From assembly GCF_022539665.2 (NCBI RefSeq), contig NC_081331.1, positions 8,494,001 through 8,558,000 on the forward strand: DNA of 64,000 bases. Direction: 5' to 3'. Position 1 is the stretch's first letter. Every line of letters starts with the position of its first letter. The DNA is from Daphnia carinata. Taxonomy: Eukaryota. The notes under the pieces are model-generated. The model searched no databases. It had not been told where the DNA came from and was given only the letters and a program-made list of their open reading frames with translations. Below, piece by piece: positions 25,660-38,809 of this stretch. Position numbers and translations under genes: made by a program.

Positions 25660-27507
25660 ATGACTGGGAGAAAACGAGGCATACCAAATCACCCTGCACA
25701 GCATGTAAGTAGCTTTTTGTCTGTCTTTTTTCCATTTCATGCGTAGTTCTTAAGCTATTTCTTTATTACTTTTCAGTCATTTGCCATTGTCAAATTTCAT
25801 TTACCTGGCAATGCGCATCAATATGATATTGCCCCTATTGACTGGATAAGAAAGTCAGGTAATAGGAGTACGTGTTATTGGCCTGGTGACGAAGAAGCCC
25901 GAAATGGAAAACAGTTGATAAATCTAATCACCAAGAATGCCGATAAAGAGGTGATGGTTGATAAAGAGACATGGTTGGTCTTCACCATTAGCATCATTGC
26001 CAAATTTGGTGATACTTCACAGCTCTTATATGTTAAACGTAATGTGACTTATACTGCTATGTTTTGATTTCACAGACACATACAAAGGGGCACAGGATAA
26101 ACTTAAAAACGTACTTGCTGGTGAGATAGTTGTCAGCACCGACTTAGAGAAAAGAGGAAAGGGTGGCAGAAGCGAAGCCAAAAAACGCAAAGCGGCTGCT
26201 GCAACATCCAGCTGCATTTCTGTTGGTGCTACTGCATCATCGAGTCCTGTTCCCGGTCCTTCCACCGGTGCTCTTGTTTCTGTGACCGATGATGGTACTG
26301 CTACTACTGTTTCTGCATTTACCAGTGAACGCATTTTACCGCGGTCTCGTCGCAAAAGAAGCTGTGAATGACGACTGGCTCAATGGCGCATCGTCTGTTG
26401 TCAGTTTTACGGGGCTCCCAGAATTACTTACGTCTGAAGACGATCACGGTGGAACCAAAGAAAATGAGAATTCTGCGGACGCTCTTCCAAGTATTCCGCT
26501 ACCTCCTGCATTTCCCCCTCTTCGGAGGGCCATTCCTCATCACTTACCGTACGCAAGAAAATCTGCACCACCAGGTAATAATTTAATACATTGCCTTTAG
26601 ATGGTTTATCTAGTAATTTCATTTCAATTTCAGTTGTGCCTGCCAACCCGATGGAACTATCTCAGACGGTTCCTTATGATTAAAAAAAAATCGACGAGTT
26701 ACTGCAAACCAATTTCCGAATTCTTCGCAGACAGGAGCAAATTAAGGCTGCGCAAGCGGACATGCAAAACACGCTTTCCGTTATTATGAATAATATCATT
26801 CCCCCTGGTTCTGAACAACTGGGAATCAAAAATGACCTTAATTTGACAGTGAAATCCTTGGCGGCCTTCGATCGTCTGAATCTCACTATGCGAGAGAATA
26901 AAACTAAAAGATTGAAATTGGTAAGTAGTAAATAATTTATATTGATTTATTTAAATGTGTAGCATTGTAGCATTCAGCGATTCATTGGATTTCATTTGTA
27001 GAAGTCGTACTTGACTGGTATGGGAGGCACGGAGCACCGCATTGTTGGAAAAGTGCTCCACAAGCTTATGAATTATAGCGTGGCATCGCAGTTTTGTTTT
27101 AAAGGACAAAATGGAGAGAAAAGGGGTTTTTGCGCCACAGCCGTTGCAGCATTAGTTATTGGTATCAGCTCTAATATATATATGTTTTCGTTTGGTTTAC
27201 ATAATAAATGTGTATTATTTTGTCATTTTTAGAAAGTATACGCGCCTCTGGTCATATAAGACTTACTGAACAACAAATTGGAGTCAAAATTGGGAGATGG
27301 CTCAAGACAGCTCCTCAAAAAATCGGCATCGACGACGACACTGATGGCGAAGACGACAATTCGTCTGTGGAAAACAAGATCCTTCCCATATGTGACCATA
27401 CATATTGTTACATCGCGTTTATAGTTATTTATCGTGAATTTCATTGTCGCTTCCTCTATGCATGTGCTGTTATTCCCGTATTGTTGTGTTGGTCAAGTAA
27501 GCAATAA
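25660..27507 (+). CDS. EnSpm accessory ORF2, multi-exon, with a DUF4806-like C-terminal domain (possibly disrupted)
   Basis: Spliced segments FAIVKF..DIAPIDW..CYWP and YLTGMGG..VLHKLM..FCFKGQNGEKRGF..IGRWLKTAP inside the EnSpm TIRs. Confidence 0.65.
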
Positions 27508-27872
27508 TCCAGTAATTGTATCCAATTAAACAAGAATTTCGTTTTGTATTTCGATTTCTCATCTATTTTTTTATTGCGAAATCCGTCAAAAAATTAATTA
27601 AATAAGAAAAGGTCTTTTTTGTTCCATGATAAACCCTGTTTGGGACCACAACTACCGAAAAAAGACGTATATTGGCCCAACCAAAAGACGTCTTTAGGAC
27701 CACGGCACTGTACAAGAACCCTAAAAAGCCCGTTTTTATCCCTGCGTTGGCGGTCATAAATACCAGAATTGGTCGCCTTTCCTACCATTTTGGGACGTTT
27801 TTAATACGGTAGGCACACTACCGTTCACTAAGACAAAGAACGTCTTAAAGACGGAAGTGTGCTGTCTGGGAA

Positions 27873-30684
27873 GGAATTAAACGTCAAGCCAATGTACTGA
27901 TAGATAAAGGTGCACAGAGATCCTTTATCACAACAAAACTCGCGAGAAATTTACATCTTCAACCACTTTATCGAGAAAGTTTAATTATAGTGGGTTTCGC
28001 TGCGCCATCTCAAAGTGCTCAACTATATGACGTGAGTCACCTCTCATTCATTGACCGAAGAGGATCCATAATGAACATTCAAGTCGTGTTGGTAGACCAC
28101 ATTGTGAATCCACTTGAAGATTCTTATCGCAGTGTAGTATGCAAACTTCCTCATCTCAAAAACTTGCCACTGGCACACCCTAATATTGGCAGCTCGTCAT
28201 TTGACATTGACATTTTGTTGGGAGCCAATTACTATTGGGATATAGTAGGTGACCATGTCGTTCGTGGCCCAGGACCAACGGCTATAAGCTCAAGATTCGG
28301 ATACATAATCTCAGGATGCATGCAACAAACATCAGAATGCAGTCAATATGACACCGCGGCATTTCATGTATCCGTGGAGGAGCAATTCGAAATGGAAAGA
28401 TTTTGGGACCTGGAATCGCTGGGTATTTCTCCCGATTCAGAGATGGAAGACGCAACGATGGCTTACCAAACCAATTGCATTGAACTTCGAAATGGCAGAT
28501 ACATCGCCAGACTTCCATGAAAACATCAGCATCCGCCATTAGGGTCTAACTGGTATATGTGCCATCAGCAAACGCGCCATATGGTCCGACGCTTAGCTAA
28601 GCATGCATCTCGTTTTCAAAAGTACAATCGCATCATCCAAGAACAACTGAACAGTGGGTTCATTGAAAAAATACCGATCGGAGAGCAAAATCAACGAAAA
28701 GGTCATTATGTGCCGCATCATGGAGTCTTCAAGAAATCAAGTACAACTCCATTACGCATCGTGTATAATTGCTCACGCAAAAGTAAAGGAGGTGTGAGTC
28801 TCAACGATTGTTTGGAAACGGGCCCATCATTGCAAAATAACATAGTGGAGATTCTACTTCGATTTCGAGCTCACGAAATCGCCATGACAGCGGACATCGA
28901 AAAAGCTTATCGCCAAATCCAACTTCATGAAGACGACCGCGATTTCGTGCGATTTTTATGGATTAAGGATGACAAGGATCCGGAGTCGGATATGGAAGTG
29001 TACCGTTTTAAAGTCATTCCCTTTGGCGCGAACAGTTCACCTTTCATCCTCTTATCAGTCATCAAAAATCATCTATCATGCGAAACAAGCGAAGTAGCAA
29101 AAGATATGGACTTCAATATAAACGTGGACAATCTCTTGACTGGATGTGACACCACCGAAGAATCACTAAGTTACTATAAAGAAGCGAACTCTATATTCCA
29201 AAAGGCTGGTCTGACGCTAAAATCGTCGTGCTCCAATGATCAACGTCTCAATACCTGTAGTGCATCAGATGGGGTGAATGATGAATCACCACAGAACAAA
29301 ATTCTTGGACTACAGTGGTCTCGTGCAAGAGTTGTCATCGCACTACCTGGATTGAAAATTTCGTCGTTCTCTCTGACAGGGATAAAAAAAAGAAATGTAC
29401 TCAGAGGAATTTCAACTGTATATAATCCTTTAGGATTCATCTCGCTTCTCACCATTCCGGCGAAAATTTTAATCCAAGAGGTCTGGAAACTAAAACTGCA
29501 ATGGGACGATCCACTGCCCATCGATCTACAAGACCGCTGGATCGGCATTGTTCAAGGGATTGAAAAATCAAAAATCGAACTTTCAAGGCAGTACTTAGAG
29601 TCAAAACTCGAATGCGAAATGCTGCATGTATTCGTAGATGCAAGCCAGTATGCTTATGGAGCAGTAGCTTATCTAGCAAATGATAGCACGGGAACGTTCG
29701 TCCTGTCAAAATCACGAGTAGCCCCTCTTCGAGGTGATAACAAGATGCTCACACTGCCTCAACTAGAATTAATGGCAGCTATCATTGGTATTCGAATAGC
29801 CAAGACCATTCTACAATCCTTTGCGCCATTACGCTACCGACCAAAATGCATCATGTGGTCGGATAGTCAAATAGTTCTCTATTGGTTGGCTCAAACAAAA
29901 ACCAATAAGTCTCAATTCGTCGTCAACCGTGTGAAAACGGTCTGTGACTTTAATAAGGAGCATGAAGGCAGCTGGCGGTATTGCCCGACGCATCAGAATC
30001 CGGCGGATCTTCTCACTCGAGGAATAACCTTTCAACAATTCTCATCGAGCTCTTGGTTTAGTGGACCGCCGTGGCTTGCCGACAGCAAAAGTTGGCCAGA
30101 GTGGAACCTCACACAAGCATCGACTTCCCTAATTCATCTGGCTAGTGTACATCAAAACCATCCGCCAAGAATATCTCATCACGAAAAGGTGGAGACATTT
30201 CATCAGTGTTCGATGTAGCTCGATATAAGTAGTCGTCTTTGATAAGAGTGACAGCCATCGTGCGACGATTTGTGGAAAACATAAAAAAGAAGGATAAATG
30301 TAAGAAAAGTTGGCGAATATCACGTCGCAGAATTACGCGAAGCGGAGATGTTATGGATTAAGTCTGCTCAAATTCAGCATTTTGATGACGAAACTTGAAT
30401 ATCTAAAAAAATCCGAGGGCAGGCGTCCAGCATTGGTCTCCCAGCTTGACTTATTCATCGGAAAGGACGGACTCATCCATTGCAATGGACGGCTAGCGAA
30501 CGCGTCCATCAGTGCCACAGCTAAACATCCAGTGTTACTACCCACAAAATCGAACGTGACCAAGTTAATAGTGCTAGCAGTTCATAAAAGAGTTATGCAC
30601 AGTGGCGTGAAACACACAGTGTCAGCTGTAAGGCAAAGATTTTGGATTCCCAGAATCAGGCAAGTAATCAAAGACATCTTACAC
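27873..30684 (+). pseudogene. BEL-1 pol: protease, RT, RNase H and integrase N-terminal part
   Basis: IDKGAQRSF, YVPHHGV, ADIEKAY, degenerate NVDN, HVFVDAS, WSDSQ, NPADLLTRG, H..H zinc finger; stop at 28518 and frameshifts. Confidence 0.93.
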
Positions 30685-31928
30685 GATTGCCGGAGAAATA
30701 GGACCTGGAGAAATAAGACCTCAAAATAGGACCTGTAGAAATAGGACCCGGAGAATTAGGACCCAATCTTCTAACATATTTTGAAGGGTCCTATTTCTCC
30801 ATCATAAGGGTCCTATTTCTCCATCATAAGGGTCCTATTTCTCCTTAGAATTGGTCCTATTTCTCCTTAGGAAATAGCCCTAATTCCCGCTGTTGTAAAG
30901 TCAGAACCGGACGGGATATGTAGTTTTCCGCACTCTAAGCCACGTTATCAATTGCTCGTGTAATCAGTCCATCATAACTTTTTTGTTTGAATTCATATTT
31001 ATTATTTTTTTGCACGATTACACGCATTATCTATTGCTTTACACAGCTCATGTATAAAAGTTATATTTATTTTTACACAGTGTTTGATTTTTTGCCCTTG
31101 ACCTTTCGTTAGTGGCGTTTCCAGTCCTAGTATCGCCCTCCCCCCTGGCTGATATCCTTATTCCATGCGAATTCCCGGAGACGAGGGGCATACCTTCCCC
31201 TAAGTACTCCTTAATACACTGATAAATAAGAAAAAAACTATATATATATATAATTTAAGACAAGCAAATTTTTTAATAAAAAAAATATTTGCCGCAAAAC
31301 CATAAATAGAGACCTACGTGGCAAGAACGAAAATAATGAGTTCCGCTCGGATCATGGAAGGCATGCCAGTGTATTGTTATACAAAACTATCATGGCGCGG
31401 CCTGTAAATAATGGAACACGAGGCAGCTCATCCATGTCAATATCGGCAATTCATACGATAAGTTTGTTTTTTTCGCTAGTTTATTCAGTTTATGCTTTCC
31501 CTTCATTTTTCGTTTTCTTAATGTTGATTTATCCCTTTTCTGTTGTTCCTTTCTCTTTTCTTGTTCTTCGATGCGTTCAACCAACTTCTTTTTCGTTTGT
31601 GATGTTGATTTTATTCTCTTTCCTAATTGGTTTATGAAGCTCGCAATCAATTCCACATTTTTTTTTTAACCTATTGCGCTTAGTATTCTTTTATCTGTTG
31701 TAATACAGAAAAGTAAAATTAGTTGAAGGTCTATTTTTTTTTGTCGAAATCAAAGTTTACCTTGGCATCTGTTATTTTTCCTTTGTTTGTTTAGTTTCTT
31801 CTTCTCCAACTTATCTAACTTCCGTTTAAGTTGAGTTTTCATTTTATCAGAGTCCTGCTTTTCCCCTGAAATTGGATGACATATGCTGGCTTGCCTTCCT
31901 TAAACAAAAAGATTATAGCACATACATA

Positions 31929-32220
31929 CCCTACTAGCCTTTGTCCGTCCCAGGGACATCCCATCTACGTCCTGGCTGGCCGATCGGGACGTCCCATTCT
32001 GACGGCAGATGTACACCAGGAAGTCCTAATGTCCGGTTTTAGGGACGTCCACTGGAGGACGTCCTACGGACGTAATTAATTGGAAGTCCTGGTAACGTCC
32101 TTATTTGGGAGTACTACGGACGTCCTTAGTTGGACGTCTGCAGGATGGCAAATCCGTACGTTCAGTGAACGTACGTATTGGAACATCCGCGGAATGTCCG
32201 GATCGCGGCAGCCAAAGGAC
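31929..32220 (+). mobile_element. Orphan CACTA-like terminus
   Basis: Begins CCCTACTAGC, followed by dense GGACGTCC subterminal repeats. No partner end was found. Confidence 0.5.
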
Positions 32221-32390
32221 GCAAGAAAATTTGTTTAAATTAAAATAAAACCATAAATTTTTGGTAATTGATTTACATATAATTTATTTTTACAAAATAC
32301 AAATAATTAAACAAGAAATTCAAAAAAAACTTTTTCGATTTGACTTCGGTAGCAACAGACGAACTAAATCCAGGTAAGCATATTATTTAC

Positions 32391-33217
32391 ATTTGTTGTA
32401 CCGATCAAAAAGCTCTTCAACTTCCGCCAAACAGCGACGATCTTCTTCCTCATTTTCACGCACAAATTCTTCCAACGGATACTAAAATTACAAAAAATAT
32501 GAGATCAGGTAATAGTTTGAGCCTAATTGAAATTTTAAAACTAACCTTGTGGCGAGGGAAGGTTCCAATTGGCCAGTCCTTTGTAGGAATGTCCAGTTTA
32601 TGGACTGGCTTGGTATGAGTCGTGATTAACGTACCGAACGTGTTTCTAAATACCTTTGAAAGACATAAGAGTCAGGTCAGAAACACCAGGCAATTGGTTC
32701 ATTACGCAACTCGTTTTCTCCTCTGGGGTATATGGCTTATCTCCCCTCTGTTTCCGGCGATACCAAACGAAAATTACCTTGTACGCATTTTCGTTTGAGC
32801 ACGATGCACACGCCATCGTCGTTACCTTTAAATATATTTTTTATTATTTGCAATAGGTCGGAACAATTAAGGAGCTACAACTTACCTCTGTATGGCCTTT
32901 GGGAGCAATACGTAACAGAGAATTCTGGACTCGCTGAGGATAATTTTCACCAGGAAATACACCGAGGGCAGGTCGGTTTATGAATCTTTGAGAAATATAA
33001 ATTAAAATTTTGATGTTGCCCAGACAGGTAAATAATCAATTCAATTACGTTCTGATGTTTTCTTTATCTTGACATCTAATAATTCAGGGTGGTTGTAACC
33101 CAATGGAACTGAAGAGGTTTGAGTGTAAACATCAAGCAGAATATTGCCATCGACATCGTATAAATAGTTTCGTATGCTCTTTGAATAATCGGCGAACAAC
33201 TGCACTGCGTCCGAGAT
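32391..33217 (-). pseudogene. ABAT: Captured 4-aminobutyrate aminotransferase (GABA-T) gene fragment with introns
   Basis: Exons [67 protein letters not shown] and [22 protein letters not shown]. The N- and C-termini are missing. Confidence 0.9.
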
Positions 33218-33547
33218 CTGCAAAGATAAATTTGGTAGTTTAAAGTCTTACGACGTTAACACAAAGTATGGCAAATAGTATAAAGAAAAATGGCAACTGA
33301 CTTGAATTTTTTTCACTTTCTTTACACACTGCTATGCGGCCGTTGCTTAGGCTGCTGTTGTTGCTGATGGAGAAAGTCGAATAACTCTGTTGTTTTACTT
33401 TGCGGGCCTTTCAACTGCTTCCAAAACTAAGAAAGAAAAAAAAACTCAGGTTTGATGAATGAAAATTACGAACAAGAAAAACGAACAATAACATCTAATA
33501 TAGCATGCAACAAGAATGAACAACATGGAACGAATCCGGGTTTTTAC

Positions 33548-34134
33548 CATCTTTATTCCTGCTGGATGTTAGGGTTTGCCACCTAAGACGATAATAAATT
33601 AAGGTAGTTAATAGTTGAAAATGCGTCTAACTGAAATGTTAATTAAACAATGGCTCTCAGATACTATCTAGTAGGAAGATTATAAAAGTTTTTCAACATT
33701 CCAAAAAGTTATAATTATCGAGTACTTTAAATTTTAGATAAATACGAAAGAAATTCACCTGTGGCAATAAGGCACTTGTCGTAGGTGATGGTAAGGCCGT
33801 CATCTAACTCAGCTTTGCGACCAGCAATGTCCAGTTTAACTACATGATGTCCTCGCACAACTGAAACACCACCATTTTCTTTGGCAACTAATTCCACTGG
33901 ACTGCAGTAGAATTCATCCTGATCGAAGAACAAACTGGATCCAAAAATAGGTCACATTCATTAAAATAACGCAAAACAAAATTATAACTTTAGACAATCA
34001 CCTTCACTTTTTTCCGTTCCACTGCTTAAACTTCAGTTTGTATGACACTTCGGGATCGTCACTGAACCACAATTCTTACGCGATAGTGGTTGCCTCATGT
34101 AAGGCAAGTGGTTTTCTTCACCAATGACTAAAAC
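33548..34134 (-). pseudogene. AIFM1: Captured apoptosis-inducing factor (AIF) gene fragment with introns
   Basis: Exons VLVIGEENHLPYMRQPLS/ELWFSDDP..KFKQWNGK, ENGGVSVVRG..ITYDKCLIATG and GGKP*, with a frameshift and a stop. Confidence 0.88.
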
Positions 34135-35002
34135 CTAGAACAAATGATTCAATTAAAAATGGCGAGGTATTTTATGGCATGCTTATAAAAGTCCGATTCG
34201 ATGAGTTGTAGCCTTGAACGTGAACGGAAGAACGAAAAGCCTTTAAACCATAAAAATAAAATTAATTTTGATTCAATTACACATATTTTACCATTCATAG
34301 CTGGGTGTGTAGTTGGTTTTCTCCTCAACAACAGAATTGGTTGTCTTGCTTATGTAAATTGAAATCCGTTAAAGCTCAGTACTTGCATCTTGAGATTAAT
34401 GTCTTGACGTAACTAACAGCTGTAATGCTGTTATTTCATCTGAACGATAAGAAAAATGATTACATAAATTTCACGAACAAAAAATCTGTGAACATCTAGA
34501 TTACCAGAAGGATGATAGTTATAAGGCAGCTAACAAGTTGGTTCCCAAATGGTTCATGGTAAATCATGCTCTAGTTTCATGATTCTCCTTGATAGTAACC
34601 ACCTAAGAAACATTTCGGATTAGTAATCTGTGTCAAATTTCCAACTGCAATTAATAAAATTATGTCTATACTTTAAATACCTTTCCTTCCAAGTAAATTT
34701 TTTTCTTCTGTGGTGCTAATGCCAACATGAATTTGAAATGTACCAAAACTGCCAAACCTAGGAAATAAAAAATTTTTAATTTTACTGAAACTAGCCACTT
34801 ACCTGTCAAACAAACACCGCTTACAACAAGCAACTTTTTTTTTTTTTTTTTTGTGTGTAGGTGCTTTCTGCAGGCTGAACCGGCGTTGCCGGGTCTCGCA
34901 GAAAATCTGGGCTAATGCCCAATATCACCACCAGGGTCTGCTCCTAGTTGTGGGTCTGAGTAGCGTCGTTTTGTCCAAACTGTTGCATTTTGAGCTGAGT
35001 GT

Positions 35003-38000
35003 TTACGTGGTGAGGTACAGCTTAGATTTCAAGAGGAATGAGACAAGGATGTCTCGGATTTGGAGTTGTGTAGATTGTTCTAGTGTCGAGTTGTGTCCTA
35101 GCAGCGTGTTTACTTCCCAGGTAAGTTTATTTAATATGAAGTATTGTTTTATGGGTTCGTATAGAGTTGAGTAGTGCTCGCAGGCAGTGAGTACGTGGGT
35201 TGAGTTTTCAGGTTCGGAGCATCCATGACGACAGAGTGGCTGGACGTCTATATCCAACTTGCACATGAAAGCGTTAAGTCTGTTGTGGCCTGATCTGAGC
35301 CTATGGAGTGAGGTGCTGATGGATCTGTTTGGGTGGTGGTGCCATTCGAGGATGCCCAAGTGGTTTCTGGAGCTCAAGCAGGTTTTCCCAGATGTTTTTA
35401 GTTTGTTGAGTACTTCAGTGGACATTTTCCTTTTATACTTTCCTATTATTTCAGGTGCAGTGAGCGGGTTTTGAATCCTGCATGTAATTGGAATACTCTG
35501 TTGATTGTTGGCCAACTTGTCAGCCAGCTCGTTACCAAGGATGCCAATGTGGCTTGGGATCCATGTGAGGTGAGTACGAGTGCCTGAATTTTTTAGATTT
35601 TGAATAACATTCCATATCTCTATTGTAACTGGGTTTTGATTTTGGGTTAGTCTGGGTGTTGCGTTGATTGTCAGTAAGGCCTGCTGGGAGTCTGTGAATA
35701 TGTGTAACTCAGGGGGTCCTGGCTCTATATGGTAGATGGTTTCCAGGGCTTTTAGGATCCCATATAGTTCGGCCGTTTGGATGTTGGACCCTGGGGTTAG
35801 GTGCCAGGCACCTTTGAGTCCAGTGTCGGGGAATATGTAGGCGCACGAAGAGGAGGTTGAGGTAACGGATCCGTCTGTGAATCCGACGAGGGAGGTTTGG
35901 GATATGTTCCTTAAAACGTTGTTTATTGTCGCTCGGGCTTTAGATTCGTTGGAGGTAGCTTCTGGTTTTGTCATCGAGAAGTAGGATGTGATGTGGGGCT
36001 TGGTGGTCCAGGGCCGGGGGGGGGGGGGGGTTCCTTTGAGTTATGTATCCGAGGCGGTCTGAAAATAGATTGTGGTCAAGCGAAGTCACTGAGCATTGTA
36101 CAGATGTTGGGGGTGCTTCTGAGAGGCCATGTTGAAGGGTTGTTAAAGTGTTGCTGGGCTGGCTGATAGGACGAGTTGTTGGGTTGTTTGCTCAGTTTAA
36201 TTGAATAGCGGGCCATGAGCCATTTGTATCTTCTTTTGACTGGTTCGAGTCCAAGTTCCGTGTAAAGAATATCCACTGGAGTGGATTTGAAGGATCCAAG
36301 AATCAATCGAAGAATTCCTCGGCAGACAATATCAATTTTGGCTAGGTTGGTGAGGCTGGAGCCTCCGTAGGCTATGATACCGTAGTCTATTTTGCTGCGG
36401 ACGAGTGACTTGAATAGGGTCGCCAGTGTTAGGGTACGTGGACCGAATGTTTGTTTGGTGAGCATGGAAAAGAGGCTTCTTTTCTTTAGACAGCTGTTGA
36501 CGACAGAGTCGACCTGCGCGGACCACGTTAGTTTCCGATCAAATGTAACACCGAGGAATTTAGCCTCTTTGGTTGGTGTGATGCGATGACCGTGAATGAA
36601 GAGTAGTGGGTTCTGGGGTGTCTTGCGAGAGCGGGAGAGAGTTAGTAAGGCTGATTTATTTGCTTGAAATTCGAGGCCCCATTTGAGTCCCCATCTGAAG
36701 AGCTTATCGAGGTATGGTTTCAACATCAGTTCAGCGTCGATAGCGTTTTTGGTTTGGGCGACCACTGCGACATCGTCTGCGTATTGTAGGGTAGTTGCAC
36801 CTTGTGGGGGGTGGGGGAGGTCGCTCATTACTACGTTGAACAAAAGTGGACTTAGTACTGCTCCTTGTGGAACTCCTCAGTCGATGGATCTTGTGTCGGA
36901 GACGAAGTTTCCAATTTTGACACAGACCGTTCTGCCGGTAAGGAAAGACTGGATCCATTTAAGGGTTTGTCCCTTTATGCCCAAGTTTGCCAGTTTGTAA
37001 AGAATACTGGAGTGTTGAGCGCGGTCAAAAGCCTTTGAGATATCTAAAAAAACGGCGTGTGTGGCAAGGCTTTTGCTAAATCCAATTTTTGCAAAATTCT
37101 CTAGGGCTACTATGTGGTCCGCGGTGCTCCTGCCGGGGCGGAAGCCAGCTTGGGTGGGTTGTAGTAGATGGTACGACTCGAGGTGCCAGCTTAGTCTGTT
37201 TTTAATTACGCGCTCCATGATTTTTCCCAAGCAGGAGGTTAGGGAGATGGGGCGATAAGACATCGGGTTATCTGGGGGTTCGTTAGGTTTTAGGATGGGT
37301 ATTATGACTGCTTGCTTCCAGTCCTGCGGTGTTTCTCCGTGAGCAAGAAGGATGTTGAAGAGATGTCTCAAGTGTTCACGGTTGTCCTTATTGAGGTTTG
37401 CTAGCATCCTGTTGTGCGTGAGGTCAAGTCCGGTGGCGTTGCTATTTAGTCCTTTGAGTGCCTCATCTATTTCTTCTGGTGTTATGGTCGTGTTGATGGG
37501 TGAGGAGTTATTTGATGATATTGCTTTTTTAATTGTTTTTTCTAGGTCGGCATTGGTAGCGTTGCAGGGGTCTGGGTTATCGAAGAATGCGTTGAGGAGG
37601 GCTGCCGCCTTTTCTTTTGGCTCAGATATATGTACCCCTGTGCTGGACCGGAAGTCGTTGATCATTGGTGAATGATAGCCTCTGCCTGTCATGGCCTTCA
37701 TGAAGTTCCATAGGGTTTTACTTCCTTTATTCGCATCAAGGTTAGTGATGAATTTCTCCCAGGCTTCCCGTTTAGCATTGTTGATTGTTTTCCTTTTTTT
37801 AGCTTCCGCTCTATGCCAACCAACCTTTTTTTTCTACAGAGAAGGGGTCCGCTCTCCAGGAAGACAGGGCTTTTCGAGCTGCTGCAACTTGGATTCTGCA
37901 CTCGTCATTCCACCACGGCTTCATGGGCTCAGGTACGTGCGTTTGGGAAGGGTTAGTGTACTTAAAGCTGGCGTGGCTCGTCGTTATTAATGCGTTTTTG

Positions 38001-38809
38001 AAGATATCGTATGCTCGTTGCGGAGATTGGCATGAGGTAAAGTCTACGGATGAGAGTGCTACGTTAAGACGCGTGTTCCAGTTTTGCCATTGGTTATTGG
38101 CGAATTTCCATTTAGGCTGTGCTTTGAGTGGTTCTTTGGGGGAGATTTTTGTATGTATGATGATCGGTAGATGGTCACTGCCCAGGTAAGGGCCTTAGGT
38201 GACTGTGGAATCGATGGCTATAGGTGCTGATGTGAACGTGAGATCGAGTGTAGATTCTCGTCCGGTGGAGGGGTTAATGTACGTTCCTAGCTGAGGCGAT
38301 GTTATGAGTGCGATGTTTGGGGTTTCGAGGAGGGCGCTGTAGATCGATTTGCCACTCTTGTTAGGACTTTGATTTGAGCCCCATAGTGCATGGTGGCCGT
38401 TGAGATCTCCACCGATAAGTGTGTTATTTTCGTTCGCCAGCAGCTGAGCTATCTCTTCTTTAGAGCAATCTCCGTTAGGGCAGTAGAGAGACACTATATC
38501 CACTTTTTGGTACTCCTTAGAGGTGATTGAGATGCCAACAACCTCGATCGTTGGTGTGCTGTTAAGGTTGAGCTGGGTGTAGGGGATAGAATTGTGGGCT
38601 AGGATGGCTACTCCGCCACCTGGCCTGTCAGAGCGATTTTTGCTTATGATGTTGTAGGATCTAAACTTAACACTGAATTTATTATTCCAAAAGGTTTCAC
38701 ATAGGAGAACAATTGAGGGTTTGGTTAAACTTAAGTAGTTGCGGAATTCTTCCAGGCGGGCTTTTCTGAGACCTCGCGCATTCCATTGGAGTATTTTTAG
38801 TTTAGTCAT
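35003..38809 (-). pseudogene. LINE ORF2 (AP endonuclease, reverse transcriptase, RNase H), disrupted
   Basis: ILQWNARGL, GDLNGHH, LDLTF, SDHLP, YRPISLTS, FLDISKAFD, QYADD, FTDGS, AELYGI, FTDSQ, WIPSHIGILGNELADKLA. Confidence 0.92.

Larger units (their letters stand above)
18509..27870 (+). mobile_element. Animal-type CMC-EnSpm (CACTA) DNA transposon
   Basis: TIRs CCCAGACAACAC / CCCAGACAGCAC, 2-bp TSD AA, subterminal AAGAC/GTCTT repeats. Excision restores the BEL frame VTVHSK|GIKRQANVLIDKGAQRSF. Confidence 0.92.

Noticed and set aside
30690..30885. Regularly repeated GGAGAAATAGGACC units resembling a CRISPR array
   Set aside because: The units are near-adjacent without unique spacers and are mirrored at 40945-41119. 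They are transposon TIR sub-repeats, the context is eukaryotic, and no cas genes are present.
31390..31656. Lys/Glu-rich ORF inside the Pack-MULE-like element
   Set aside because: Low complexity with no recognisable domain. It could be further cargo, but this cannot be supported.
32391..34134. Functional ABAT or AIF genes, or a real AIF-ABAT fusion protein
   Set aside because: Both are partial, with stops, frameshifts or a fused intron, and lie inside a TSD-flanked element.
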